Origin: Eledone cirrhosa
Lineage: Eukaryota
DNA: 64,000 nt
Assembly: GCA_964016885.1 (NCBI GenBank)
Contig: OZ024742.1
Span: forward strand, 153,760,001-153,824,000
Direction: 5' to 3'
Shown here in pieces: positions 41,682 through 55,249 of this stretch. Made by a program: the position numbers and the translations under genes. Position 1 is the stretch's first letter, and every line of letters begins with the position of its first letter. The notes below the pieces were generated by a model that saw only the letters and a list, made by a program, of their open reading frames with translations, had not been told where the DNA came from and ran no database searches.

Positions 41682-42552
41682 GTCTTCTTGTCAATATTCA
41701 CAAGTTCTTATGTTCAAATGAATCATTGACTTGATTTTCTCATTTTTTCCTCTCTTTACGTTGCCTCACCATTCATGCTTGTTTAGTTGTCTCTCTTTCT
41801 CCACCCAATTCCTTTTATCCCAATAAATTATTTATGTTATTGTTCGCGCTAGCCTGGGGCATCTGGTCTTTCATCCGAAGAAATACGTATGATGGCTAGT
41901 AGAGCACTGATGATGGATAGTCCTATTTCTAATTCTTCATTCTAAATTGTATATCACTTATGCAACAACACAGCTCGCCATTTTCCATTCCTATATGCTT
42001 TTCCCTTAGTTGTGACCTGTCCTTTTCTCTTCCCTTACTGTTATCCTCTTTCTCTCTCCCCCTTCTCTCTCCTTCTCCCTCTTACTTTCATTCAACCCCT
42101 CTGTGAGACACCCTCTCTCGGCTAGCCTCTTCCTCACTCTTTCACTCACTCACCCTCTGCTACTCACCTTCCCTCTCACTTCCTCCATCGTCCCACACTG
42201 TTCGTAATTCTTTCCTCGCTTACTTTCCCATGGTTGGGATGTGTCTCTCGTGTTCTCGTCAATATTCGCAAGTTCTTATGTTCAAATGAATCATTGATTT
42301 GATTTTCTCATTTTCTCCTCACTTTACGTTGCCTCACCATTCGTGTTTGTTTACCTGTATCTCTTTCTCCACCCAATTCTTTTTATCCCAATAACTTATT
42401 TTAGTTATTGTTCGCGCAAGCCCGAGTTATCTGGTTTTAATGAAAATACGTATGATGGCTAGTAGATCACTGATGATGGATAGTCCTATTTCTAATTCTT
42501 CATTTTAATTTGTATATCACATATGCTACAACACAGCACGCCATTTTTCATT
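41680..42552 (+). repeat. CT-rich family, about 1.5 tandem units (period about 568) with decayed permuted motifs
   Basis: Motifs at about 41857-41913 and 42425-42476 retain AT-C-TGGT, ATAC and CACTGATGA. Confidence 0.8.
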
Positions 42553-42585
42553 TATATATATATGTATGTATATATATTTATATGT

Positions 42586-42702
<117 letters not shown>

Positions 42703-42736
42703 TTACAGTAATCAAAGTACAGTTTAAGTCATTTAT

Positions 42737-42785
42737 TTGCTTACAATTGTTTCCTCCAAACCGAGGTTTGGATTCTTCGGAGCAA
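42737..42785 (-). ncRNA. pLTR hammerhead, U4C core variant (copy at 47044-47092 has G8 mutated)
   Basis: TTGCT-CCGAAGA-A.TCCAAAC-CTCG-GTTTGGA.G-GAAACAATTGTA-AGCAA. Confidence 0.78.
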
Positions 42786-44317
42786 CTATTTACTGATCTA
42801 TAACATACTTGACCTCCTTTTCAACCCAAGAGACACATAAAACATATGCGCATATTGATCAACAGTGGGGTGACATTCATCAAATGATATAGCATGGCAA
42901 TTTACATATAAAGGTTACAGGATAAAAATAAAATAAAAACAAGTGTGAAAATAAAGATAAACATGAAGCGTTGGCAGTCTATGAAGATAAAGCAAGAGGA
43001 AAGCTTAGAGTAGTCAGTGTATGAAACAATCTCCCGTGTAGCATGCACGCGTGTCTTATTTATACATGATTAGAGTGCGTCAGAATGATATTTGCAGGGT
43101 CAGGCAGTTGAAGCAGGCAATCGATCTTATTATGTAGGCTGAATTATTAAGTCATTTATTCTCATACATCTGTATGATATACAGTCTCGGATGCGGGGAA
43201 ACACCAAAATATCAAAAACTTTCAACATACTATAAACCTTATTGTATCGTAGGCAAGGCCGTATCACTGTCCTTGCTCACACCACCACTCACATAATCCA
43301 TGAGACGCAATATATATAGGGAACAGGCGTCTATCGTATAATTCGCGGTGGTTCAGCATATAGTCAAGCTATAAACCGTATGCAGTCGGTTCTTAATTAA
43401 TATATCATGCTGTCCAGATTCCGGAAGTGCCTGAATGACTAAGGGGAATTAATGCGTAAGGGGAGGTAACTAGCTAGTTATCTTAGTTACATTACTATCC
43501 TAAACTACATTAATGGTGATTCAAATACGTGCCTATCATGTGAAGTTATAACTAATATCTAGAGTATGTTACCCATTTATAGGTTAGAGAGTTGTCCATT
43601 AAGAAGTACAAGGGTGTATATATTAGGATGATTACCATCCGTTAATTAAGGGGTGTCATATCTGAACGTTCTATAAGAGGAGTCAGACTCTCAAGTCACT
43701 GCTCCATGCAAATGTAATATAACAGTAGGACCTGGTATGGTCCCACTATTATATATTCCACCCGGTAGGCTCCGGGTCATTGCATGTCTGCATCTCCAGT
43801 AAATCTTCGGTATGGTCCGGAGATCCAATCTCTCATATAAATGCACTAGTCTGGCCAACAAGCAATAGACAACCCCCGTCTCAAATATAAATCAATTATG
43901 TATCACATCTACAAGCTAGAGTGAAGTCTATGAATAGGTACTAAAGGAGTTCACATCAAGATGATTACGTGCATAATTCATTGAACTGACCGCTTACATT
44001 ATATATTCACATAACAATACGATTATCTATCTAATCATCAATCTATCTCTTGGTGGTAATCCATGCACAGGACTATGCTATCGCAACCAGTACCGTGTCC
44101 CCAATTTATACTAATCTTATATTTGTGCAATGCAGAATAAGTAGTCCACGGTCGAGATATCAGTATTAGAGGTACAAGGGGGTATTCCCAGGGTAGGTGG
44201 TACTAAAATGCTGTCAGTATTATCTTTAGAGTATAGAGATGGGTGTGGATGTGAGGTGTAAGGTGTGCTACTGATGTTAATTGCTAGGGGTGGTGCCGGT
44301 TCCTGTCTGACATTATT

Positions 44318-46790
44318 ATATATAGGGTTTAAAGTTTTGGAACGAGTGTCGGAAGCGGTGTTGGCAATTTGCGAACACTTCTGATTTTTTTTATTAAGGA
44401 GATTATGTTTAGAGAAGATGATAGTATGGGTCTCTAGTAGACAGAGGTTACAAAATTTATCAGGTGGTTTGTACGATGTTGCACTACCTACCACTTCCCA
44501 TTTAAGGGTATATATTTTATTTTTAGTTTTTAGATAGTGTATGTAGCTAGATAGTGATGTGGAGTTGGCTAGACTGTGTTTTTTGAAAGAGTGGAGGTGC
44601 GAATTGTATCTAGTTTTGAAGCAGTTAGAAGTGGAGCCTATGTAGATTTCAAAAGAGCTGTTAGTTGTGACTGTACATGAGTATATGATATCCTTGGTTA
44701 AGCATTTTTTATCTAAAGGGCAGGTTCTACTTGATCTACAGTTACAATTACTCTGGGTGCTAGTCTGCCGGTTACTATGCTGTGTAGAAGTTTGGATGTT
44801 AGCTATAGGGTTATGGTTATGCGGGTTGTGGTACGCAGCGTTAATGTTTACACTAGTGCTATTACTATTATTTCCATTGATATTACGGTTATTTGTTATA
44901 ATGTTACTTTGACTGTTATTTTGAATGTTATTTTGAAGGTTTATCGACCGTTGTGATTTAGTTTGTTGGAAGTAAGAATTAATTTTTCTTTTATTTGTAC
45001 TAGCTATGTGGTATGCTAAGTTAGGCGTAGTAGAGTATGAGATCTTAATAGTGTTTTTGTTTAAAAGGCCGTGGTACCTGTGTCCGGATGGGAAGTGTTT
45101 ATCTAGTAGTGAGAAGAAAGCCCTAGGAAGGTTGGTAGAGACGTTTAAATTGAAAGGAGGGTTGAAAAATGTATTATTTCTTCTTCTATTTCTGTTTTTT
45201 ATGTCTGGCGATTTGTTTCCTTTAATGTTCCTATGGTCATTTCTGTGGTGCGGGTTACTCTTGTTGTTACAATCCCTATTAGTGTGTGTGCAGTTGCTAT
45301 TCCTATTATTAAATTTTCCCATGGACATGTTTTGTGAAATGATGTTGTAGCTATGTGTTTTTGTAGGTAGGAACTCTATCCCTGTATTATGGCCTGATCT
45401 AGCTAATGCCTGATTATAATACTGCGAGTTATTGTTAAATGTGTTTATGTCATAGGATAGATTAGAGATTCTATTAGATACTCCCTTAGAGATAGAGTTC
45501 AATATAGAATTAGGGTGGTTAGACTTGGTATCTACGTAGATGAGTTTTTCATTAGGTTTGTGGAAAGGTGCATAAATCATTGAGTCTAAGTAGAGTGTGG
45601 CATCTAGGAAGTTGACGTTTTTGGTGTTTTTCTCCATGGTAATACTAAGGTTAAAGTTTTTGAATGTTTAGTGCAAAAGTTTTCTAGTCCTTTCTATATT
45701 GAATTTTTTATAGTCTATAAGTAGAAGTGCATCGTCGCGATACAAACCACCGCTGAGGTACGGAAGTTCCCTGTGGATTAGGTTAAGTAAGTATAGGCCA
45801 ACCAAATCAGTGACCTGCGCCGAGTCACTAGACCCCATAGTAATGTCGAAGTTGTTTTGCGTATCCTTGCGGGTTCATAATTAGTCCTCAAAGGTGATTA
45901 TTGTTTTACGGGCCGCAAGTATGACATCACTCTGGGGTCTAGTCAAGTCACTATTGTCTATGGCCATTATAAGTGCCTTATTTAGTAGGATAGGGGAAAT
46001 AGAGGTGCAGTAAGAGTTGATATCAAATTGAATAAATTTGTTATCCTTGTTATCTATGATATTTTTGAACCATTCAATCACTTCACCCGTATTTCCCCAA
46101 ATCTTGTGTTTAATCTGTGGGATGATTTTGTCTAGGATTTTTTTTACTGATAATGCCAATGTCAGACCTGGAAAGGCAGATTAGTCTAATCGAGGGGTTG
46201 CTAATGAAGTCTACCTTATGGTCCTTCAGAGAGAATCTAGGGAGGTTTGGGGTGTAAGGTTGTGTATGTCTCTGAAGCCCTAGTTTGGATACTATATTAT
46301 AGCCTTCCATATTAATATCTTCTAAGTTTTTCATAGTGGTTTTCTCGTAGCTTTTATGTAGTTCATTATATATAAACTTTCTATACGTATTATAATCTAG
46401 GCTGTATATCTTATTAGTTTTGTCGGCATGTACAAAAATGTTACTACTAGTTTTGAAGTCATTAATAGAGGTGCTAAGTTTGTTTAAGAAGGTGTTGTTT
46501 TTATTATGGTGTTTTTTGTATTTAATGTTTTTAACTAGTTTAATTAAGTCGTTTTCGAAGAGGTTTAGTAGTGTGTTATGAGGGGGGCTTCTAAATGTTT
46601 TAAAGCCGAAGGAGTCAAATTTGTTGGTGTTATTATCCTTGCCAGATTTGTTTCTATCATAATGGAATGTCCTCCATCTCACTCTATTGATAAAGGAGTT
46701 TACACTGTTGAACAACAACTTTTCATATGTATTTTTGGTCGGTAAAGGTATGTTCTTGGTTGACATAGGGAGTTGGTCTTTGATTAGCAT
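44318..46790 (-). pseudogene. PLE RT-GIY-YIG polyprotein, frameshifted and with stops
   Basis: ADKTN, LKDHK, PSIRLI, FIQFDI, FDITMGSSDSAQVTDLVGL, GLYRDDAL, VNFLDATL, SNHP, FNPPF, CNC...CPLDKKCL...IIY...YIGST...FKTRYNSH...CNLCLLE...LLNKK. YRDD and this cysteine pattern fit the Naiad clade. Confidence 0.9.
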
Positions 46791-47977
46791 GCTGGTAATT
46801 TATGGTATATCAGCTCAACAAAATGGAGCAGTTATTAGTATTAAGGGTACTATTTATGGTTATGTATGCAATAAAACCTTTAATGGTAATATATTATATA
46901 TACAAACCCTAAATAGTGAGAGATAGTCATTAATTACTATCCTATTACCAGTAAGATAAATAGCTCAATGTAATAACATCGGTTGTTTTACAGAGCAGTT
47001 ATATAGAGATTACAGTAATCAAAGTACAGTTTAAGTCATTTATTTGCTTACAATTGTTTCCTCCAAACCGAGGTTTGGATTGTTCGGAGCAACTATTTAC
47101 TGATCTATAACATACTTGACCTCCTTTTCAACCCAAGAGACACATAACACATATGCGCATATTGATCAACAGTGGGGTGACATTCATCAAATGATATAGC
47201 ATGGCAATATACATATAAAGGTTACAGGATAAAAATAAAATAAAAACAAGAGTGAAAATAAAGATAACCATGAAGCGTTGGCAGTCTATGAAGATAAAGC
47301 AAGAGGAAAGCTTAGAGTAGTCAGTGTATGAAACAATCTCCCGTGTAGCATGCACGCGTGTCTTATTTATACATGATTAGAGTGCGTCAGAATGATATTT
47401 GCAGGGTCAGGCAGTTGAAGCAGGCAATCGATCTTATTATGTAGGCTGAATTATTAAGTCATTTATTCTCATACATCTGTATGATATACAGTCTCGGATG
47501 CGGGGAAACACCAAAATATCAAACACTTTCAACATACTATAAACCTTATTGTATCGTAGGCAAGGCCCTATCACTGTCCTTGTTCACACCACCACTCACA
47601 TAATCCATGAGACGCAATATATATAGGGAACACGCGTCTATCGTATAATTCGCGGTGGTTCAGCATATAGTCAAGCTATAAACCGTATCCAGTCGGTTCT
47701 TAATTAATATATCATGCTGTCCAGATTCCGGAAGTGCCTGAATGACTAAGGGGAATTAATGCGTAAGGGAAGGTAACTAGCTTTTTATCTTAGTTACATT
47801 ACTATCCTAAACTACATTAATGGTGATTCAAATACGTGCCTATAATGTGAAGTTATAACTAATATCTAGAGTATGTTACCCATTTATAGGTTAGAGAGTT
47901 GTCCATTAAGAAGTACAAGGGTGTATATATTAGGATGATTACCATCCGTTATATATATATATATATATATATATATA

Positions 47978-48672
47978 CTTCAGTAATTAGGAGTATTCCA
48001 AAGCTTGGTAGAACAAGTTGTGAGGAAAGTTCTCAACATACGTTAAGGTGACTCGACAGTTTGGTAGGGATTCAGTAGTGGAAACACAAACAAACGAGGA
48101 GTGTAATCAAAAAAGAGAAATAGGACGAAGGTAAACAGTTACAAAAGAATTTAATCCACGTAATAACAATTGTTTCATCAGAATTTCAGTCCATTATTGC
48201 TACACTATGTAATAATAGGCAATCAAGAAAGATACTGTAACATCCGAATTTTCAAAATACAAAGTTGGAATGACCTTAGGAGGTGAGTTTTATTGTAGTA
48301 CAATAAAGCAATGCAGATATCGGATAAGAAGCACTCTACAGTTTGTAGGACTGGAGTATACATAATATATAAGATCAAAATATGGTTAAAAGAGTTCCAT
48401 GTATTTTATTATGCGCATTTCAAAAACAAATATCATCATGCAATAACATTTGTGTTTTCATCAGATAAAATAGGAAGACATGATATGAAGGTTAAAAAAC
48501 ACTTGTGGATAGTGCATTTTTAAATCAACTGCACTATCCACAAGTGTTTTTTAACCTTCATATCATGTCTTCCTATTTTATCTGATGATAACACAAATGT
48601 TATTGCATGATGATATTTGTTTTTGAAATGCGCATAATAAAATACATGGAACTCTTTTAACCATCTTTTGAT

Positions 48673-48681
<9 letters not shown>
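47978..48681 (-). mobile_element. 3' end of Naiad family 2 with an inverted segment
   Basis: 48364-48518 is mirrored at 48529-48681. Shares sequence with 7403-7655. Decayed HHR at about 48160-48260 (GAAACAATTGTT-ATTAC). Confidence 0.75.
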
Positions 48682-48739
<58 letters not shown>

Positions 48740-48740
<1 letters not shown>

Positions 48741-49100
48741 TATTAAGGGGAAATTTAATTGCGTCCACAGGGGGTATGTCGAAGGAGCAGTCGATGCTGT
48801 TGGGGAACAGAGTATCAATCGTATCAATATGTGACCCACTTGGCACCGTGCTTTCGTCGCCGAGATTGAGGCCGCTTCCGATCGGGAGAGAGAGCGGCGC
48901 GTTTGGCCCGGTCGTTCTCCGACAGGTTTGCGATCGTCCACTTCTGGTGCCCTGGGCTCTAGGGCTACCTACCTATTCACCACCATAGGCACTGACGTGG
49001 CCAGCTGTAGGTGTGAACCCTGTGAGATGGAATGGTTCTTCAACAGCACCTCTCTTATCATCCTCTGAGGAAACACCATCTCCATACTGTCCGCAGGGAT
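48740..49100 (+). mobile_element. 3' fragment of a CRE-like element
   Basis: 48941-49040 is homologous to 53311-53410 (CACCACCATAGGC.CTGA...GGCCAGC...AGGTGTGAACCC). Confidence 0.65.
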
Positions 49101-49299
49101 TGTGGTGCGGCAAGCATGTAGGACACAATTTGCTCACCATACAGATAGATGGGGAGTGGCAGAGAGATGGAGGCGATAACAGTGGGAGTTCGGGTCTGCC
49201 GTGTTCGGACACATTGCAGCTATCATGTGGACATGTGATACGTTACTAGGAAGCAAAGAATTGGTGTTGAAGATGTAGACTCGCGTCTGTGAGTGGTTA

Positions 49300-50400
49300 A
49301 ATATTATCTTGATCCCTTCTTTTATGCTACCACACATTCTGTCGTAGTGGTGTGTCATCGAATATACTTGGATTGTCTTCGGTCATATCACAGCTGGGTG
49401 TCTTCGTATAATTTAGCGGCTATTATCCGCGCCATTAATTCACGGTCTAATACAAGATTCCTGGAATCAGAATGTGCTGCTATGATGGAATGGAAACATG
49501 TCCACAAATAATACATGCTATTAACCATTGATAGGAACCTCACAAATATAACCAAAATATACGCGAAGACCGAGAGAAAGAAACAAAATAAAAGGAAGGG
49601 GGGAAAAACTGACTATCAATTCACTGCCAAATAATTATTTTTAATCGGATTAGAAACAGAGAATAAAACAAATAAAAAAAAAAAACCAACACGTTGCTCC
49701 CACACGGATATACACATATATATATGTGTGTATTTGACATACAAACACACATACGTACGTGGGCATACATGTATGTGTATATATGTATGTGGTATGCTAA
49801 TATTATGCCATTCTTTGGAGCCAGCATACTCATTTACAGGCGTTTTCATCCCATTGAATGAGCACCGTACAGAGCTGTTATACTAGTCGCGAATTATTAA
49901 AAATTATAGTTCGCCATAAGTAACCCAACACGTGAAGTCCATAAAGGTGTTGATCCTGACATCGGAAGGAAATTTGCCTGCATCAGATACCAACCCTCTT
50001 GAGTTAATGCATTTCTATCTTAAACATTTACCACGCTGCTTCATCACTTCTAACACATTCCTAAATTCACCAGACCCTATTGATGATTTTACGCTTGGAT
50101 TATCTGATTACCCGATAGTCAAACATTCGCCCCAAACATTTGAGGCATTAAACTCACGGTTTAATCCATGATGCTGGGAAGCAGTATGTGCTGTTATGAT
50201 GGAATACATCCTAGAATGGAAATATAACCTCAAATAATAACTGCTAAGAACCTCCCAAATCTAACGCACCGAAACATACGAGAAGAGGGAGAAAAATAAA
50301 TAAAAACAAATGGAAACATGAAACAAAACCAAACCAAACCGACCACCAATTCACTGCCAAATAATTTGAATCGGATTAGACAGAGTGAAAGAAAAGGCAA
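49300..50400 (+). repeat. Two diverged copies of an old repeat, one with a decayed HHR
   Basis: 49370-49665 resembles 50090-50390. 49473-49506 reads TGTG-CTG...GAAACATGTC-CACA. Confidence 0.5.
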
Positions 50401-50619
50401 AAAAAATATAGAGAATATATTTATTCGCCGTTGTGCTGCCAAATGATGCCGAAAGCCAGTGACCCGCATTCGGGTCAAGAAGGTGACAGCAACAGGATAA
50501 TGTTCGGTAAAAGAAGGCACTCGATTTTATTTATTTATTTTTTTTTCTTCATTCATCCATTCACTCATTCATTTGCTAACATTCTACCTTCTCTTATGTC
50601 CACCTCCATGCACCCCTTC

Positions 50620-53540
50620 TTTTCTCTCTTGTCCTCTGACGCCTCTATACCTGATGTAGGTGAGCTATGAGGCCCTCTTACCAGCACTTTCCCTTCCACC
50701 CACAACGCCAACCACTCAACTCTGATGCCGCTCAGATGAGACAGCGAGCTTGCCTGATGCCCAAGCGTCGCTGGTCAACATTGCTCGGCTCAGGCGGGTC
50801 CGGAAGATCCCACTCAGGATCCCGAAAGCGGCCCGGGTGCCGGTAGTCGATGCCATCGCTTCCTCGATTGAGAGCACCCTGGACTCCAATCGAGCCAGCG
50901 ACTGGAAGCGACTCTTTTATTTCGCCGCACTCGCCCTGGGCCTCCCCAGCTCCTTCGCTGATCGGGGCGGGCTGTCGACAACAGCCTTCGTCGAGGCCAA
51001 ACGCTCATTGGGCGAACGCCCATTCCAAGCGTGCCTATGGACGCCGCCCACCCCACCCTCGGATACCCTCAATCATCCACCCCTGAGGCCAGCGCCAAGT
51101 GATTGCGTGAACGCGTAAATTCTAAACTAATCATGGGTGATGTCTCGGCTGCATTCAGAGTGGTTGCCTCAGAGGACACTGTCCTCCAACCCACCGAGGA
51201 GTTCCTGGCTGCCCTGCGACTCAAACATCCTGAGCCACCCACTGATCTCAGACCCATACCCGACCCGACCCCAACTTACTCCTTGTGGCTTCCGACACAG
51301 ACATCATGTCTGCCATCAAGTCCTTCCCAGCTAGTAGCAGCGGAGGTGATGATGGTCTCCGACCAGGCCACCTCAAATAATTGCTATACCCCTCTCCGCT
51401 GAGGCCGGGCGCCGCCTTACGAGTGCAATTGTGGAGCTCACCAATAGGCTCATCCATGGCACCCTGGAACCTCACGTCCGAGGCCTCTTTTTTCGGCTAG
51501 CCTCACCGCTCTCAGGAAGAAAGAGGGTGGCATACGCCCCATCGCTATGGGCAATGTCTTCCGGAGGCTGGCTGCCAAGGTGGTCTGCAGGTCCATAACA
51601 CCCGAACTGGGTGAGGAGTTCAGTTCGGTGCAACTGGGTGTCGGCGTGTCCGGTGGCTGTGAGGGGGCCGCACATGCAACAAGGCAGTTCTTCAAAAGCT
51701 GCCCACCGGAACCAGCATCCAGGGACTACAGGCACCTCATTGTCAATCTTGACATGAGGAATGCCTTCAACTGCTTGCGCCGGGACCATCTGCTCGATTC
51801 CTGCCTCAGCCGAGCCCCCTCTGCCTACCCGCTGGCCTATCTGTCGTATGGATCCCCGACCATGCTCTTTCCTGCTGAAACGGTCATATCTTCGGCTACT
51901 GGCGTTCAACAGGGCGACCCTTTGGGACCCCTCCTGTTTGCCCTTTGTATAGACAATTTCGCCCGGAGTATCACGGCCTCTCTCAACGTTTGGTATCTGG
52001 ATCATGCTACGTTAGGCGGGCCCGTACAGCCTGTCTACCATGACCTACAATCGGTGGTTCCTTCCATGGCGGGAATCCGCCTCCAGGTCAACTCGGCCAA
52101 GTAGGAGGTGGTGAATGTCAGCCAAGAGTCTGACAGATTTGCAGCCTCCGTCTCAGATGTGCAGTCCATTCTCCACCAGGTACAGGTCACCCCCAAAGAG
52201 GATATCCTCATCCTCGGGTCACCAGTCCACATATTGGCCATCCTCTCCACCATCAGGTCCAGGCTTCAACAACTCCAGACTCTCACGAGTTGACTGGGCT
52301 TGATCGACGGTCACTCAGCTCTCTTCTTGTTGGGGAATTGCTTCGCCATGCCGAAGCTCCTCTATATCCTTCGCAGCGCGATACTTGCATCCTCTATATC
52401 CTTCGCGGACATCAATACTTGTATCCGAGCAGCAGCCGAGGAGATATGCAACGTCAAGTTTGACGACATTGGATGGCAACATACCACTTTACCTGTCAGA
52501 TATAGCGGCCTTGGCCTCCGGTCCGCGAACTTTTTCCGGCGTATCGTTCGTCAGTAACCTCGTGCAGCGTCCTCGTCAGCAGGGTTCTTCAAAACACAAT
52601 AGGACCCTCTGTGTTCAGAGAACGTGAGGCCGCCTGTGAAACGTGGGACCGGCTGGGACTTATCCCAGTAGACGTCCCTCCTCCTTCTCCCCCTGTTGAA
52701 GTCAAGTCCCCCCAAACCACTTGGGATGCCAACCAGTGCAGCTTGATCTCAGACGGACTCATGTGCCAGCTCGACCAGCATTGCCTTGCCTGCTTTCGTG
52801 CAGCCTCCAAACACCACAGTGGTGCCTGGCTCCATGCTCTTTGCTCCTTCTCCACTGGCACGCAGCTAGACAACAATAGCCTTTGGATCGGCGTTTCCTT
52901 GAAGTTCGGCCTCTGGATCTGCAAGCCACAACTATCTCGTGCGGATCCACCGTGGACTCTTTCGGCCTCCACCCGCTTTCCTGTCGCCACAGTGCCGGCC
53001 GCCATCCACGCCATGCTGCCCTCAACGAGGTCATGATGCATTGCTTGGACGCTGCGGGCTTGCCTTCCCAGCTCGAGCCGATGAGGCGGGACCGAGGGGA
53101 TGGCAAAAGGCCAGACGGCATGACCATCTTCCCGTTTCGCGGTCGCAAACCCTCCGTCTGGGATGCTACTAGCACCGACCCTTTCTGCAGCCGCAACCTG
53201 GTGCAGTCTGCGACTAACCAAAGTTTGCTGAGCGTCATGCTGGGGAGGCCAAGCTCCTTAAATACCGGTCGCCCTCCGACGGGTTTGCGGTTTTACCCCT
53301 AGCAGTGGAGACTTCTGGTGTCCTCGGCCCTACGGCTACCTCCCTACTCACCACCATAGGCGCTGAGCTGGCCAGCCGCAGGTGTGAACCCCGCGAGTTG
53401 GAGTGGTTTTCCAGTGCGTCTCCCTTGCCGTCCTCCGTGGGTGGCCTTCTCCATCCTGTCTGCCGGGTCTGTGTGGGGGCACCATCGCGTAACATTCCAT
53501 ATTTAAGTATCCAGATTAATGGTTTTTTTCCCTAGAGACA
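50620..53540 (+). mobile_element. CRE-clade non-LTR retrotransposon (RT + restriction-like endonuclease), decayed
   Basis: KKEGGIRPIAMGNVFRRLAAK, QLGVGVSGGCE, LDMRNAFN, GVQQGDPLGPLLF, WYLD(H), SGLGL, SGAWL, CG...HPLSC...RH, RPDG, WDAT. Multiple frameshifts. Confidence 0.88.
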
Positions 53541-53824
53541 GAGTATAATAGTGATTGACAGGGTCACTACTTAACGACAAAAAATGAAAACCGTTAGCAA
53601 ATATTGTATTTTTTACTTTTGTCATCTTGGTCAAGTTGCGGTATGTATACATGCGTTCAACCCGTCTGCCCTACATCCACTGACACATTGTTTGAAATAA
53701 GCAATAAGGAGATAAGGCCATACAAGAATACATGGGTGAAGGAATGTAAAGGGGAAAAGGAATGAAATAAAAAATAAAAACCAATCGTGTCTAAAATAAA
53801 AAAGATATAAAATGTTACACACCT

Positions 53825-53882
53825 AATAATTGTTTCAACTTTTGGTACAAGGCCAACAATTACCGTAATGCATTACTGGTAC
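53825..53882 (-). mobile_element. SINE 3' tail fragment
   Basis: AATAATTGTTTC...ACAAGGCC...TGCATTACTGGTAC. Confidence 0.6.
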
Positions 53883-53938
53883 GTAGTAGGTACGTAGAAG
53901 GATATGACCCTATATATATATATATATATATATATAGA

Positions 53939-53981
<43 letters not shown>

Positions 53982-54079
53982 ATGTGTGTGTGTGTATGTA
54001 TACATGTATATGTGTGTGTATACACGCACACACATATATACACACATATTTATATATACACATAGACACCTATAGATAT

Positions 54080-55030
54080 CTTTCTTTATTTGCCAGCGTA
54101 CAAAAATGGGACATTACAAGACGTGACGGCGGGGGTTTACATAAAAATCATATAGCTTCAACATTAATAAATAACAATAAACTATATATAATAAAATAAC
54201 AATTGAAATCCCCAGTAGGGGGGAACGTTACTGCAGGGTTATTTTACACCCCATGGATAGAACAACTCTCAACACAAGGAACACGTTTTGTGGGTGTTCC
54301 TGTCTCCCCTCTGTTTATCCTCCTCAACCTATAGGTTTATATACAGAGAAGGCCCATTCACGCCGGCCATTTTCGCCACATTCACCCACCTTTCAGCGAA
54401 TTTACTGCGGTGTAGCACCTCTCTCTCCACTCTCACCTTCCTCCTGAAGTGTTACCTAAAGAAGGGGATAAGTTGTTTTCCGGAGAGAAAGTTGTTTGCT
54501 CTCAGTCCTTTTAACCTCGTCCACCATATAACCTCTTTTGCCATAGCCACAAGAGCGAGGAAAACCGCCTCTCCTTCGTTCCTAAATGAAGGCGGTGGGT
54601 TGATCCTCACGATGGAGTCGGCTGATAACTGGATGCGTCCCACACGTGACAGCAGCCTTTCGACATAATTCCACAGGTCGGTCACCCCTGGGCACTGCAA
54701 AAGTGCGTGCAGAACGGTTTCGATGTCCTGCTCGCATCTTGGACTGTTACTTTTGGCAGGATCTCTGCCAGGGCGTCCGTGCCTGTAGATTTTGTCTCGA
54801 ACTGGTAGTACTCCTCGGTAGCACTGCCAGGCCAGAGACATCTGGAAGTTATCCATAGGCCCTGGACGGAAAGTCCTCCCGAAGAGACTGGTCAGTTCGT
54901 CCTCCTCGATGCCTAGAGTTTCCCCGAGAAAGTCGTCGCAGTTATCCTCCACTAATCCCCTATAGGATGTCGAAGTGGAGTCTCCATTGATTGCCGTTTC
55001 CGCTTGGTAGAGGGCTGTGAGCGCCTGATT
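54080..55030 (-). mobile_element. L1/Tx1-clade LINE 3' fragment (zf-RVT region + 3' UTR)
   Basis: SLAWQCYRGVLPV...PRCEQDIETVLHALLQCP...LW...AKEVIWWTR. AATAAA lies near the 3' end at about 54085-54090. Confidence 0.8.
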
Positions 55031-55249
55031 GCCTCACACACACACATGCATATCTGCATATACAGTTACGCACACACCCATGTCTAAAATCATACAGACT
55101 TACTATTGTATTATATTTTATTTAAAATAAAATATAAATTGTATTATATTATATTTAAACAAATATAAATTGTATTATATTATTTAAAAATATATATATA
55201 TTGTATTATACTTTATTACTATACTGTATATTATATTATATTTAACAAA

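Noticed and set aside
45875-45883. In-frame TGA in the Naiad RT as selenocysteine
   Set aside because: It falls at a position that is usually Trp, two codons from a TAA, in a frameshifted copy, and no convincing SECIS was seen.
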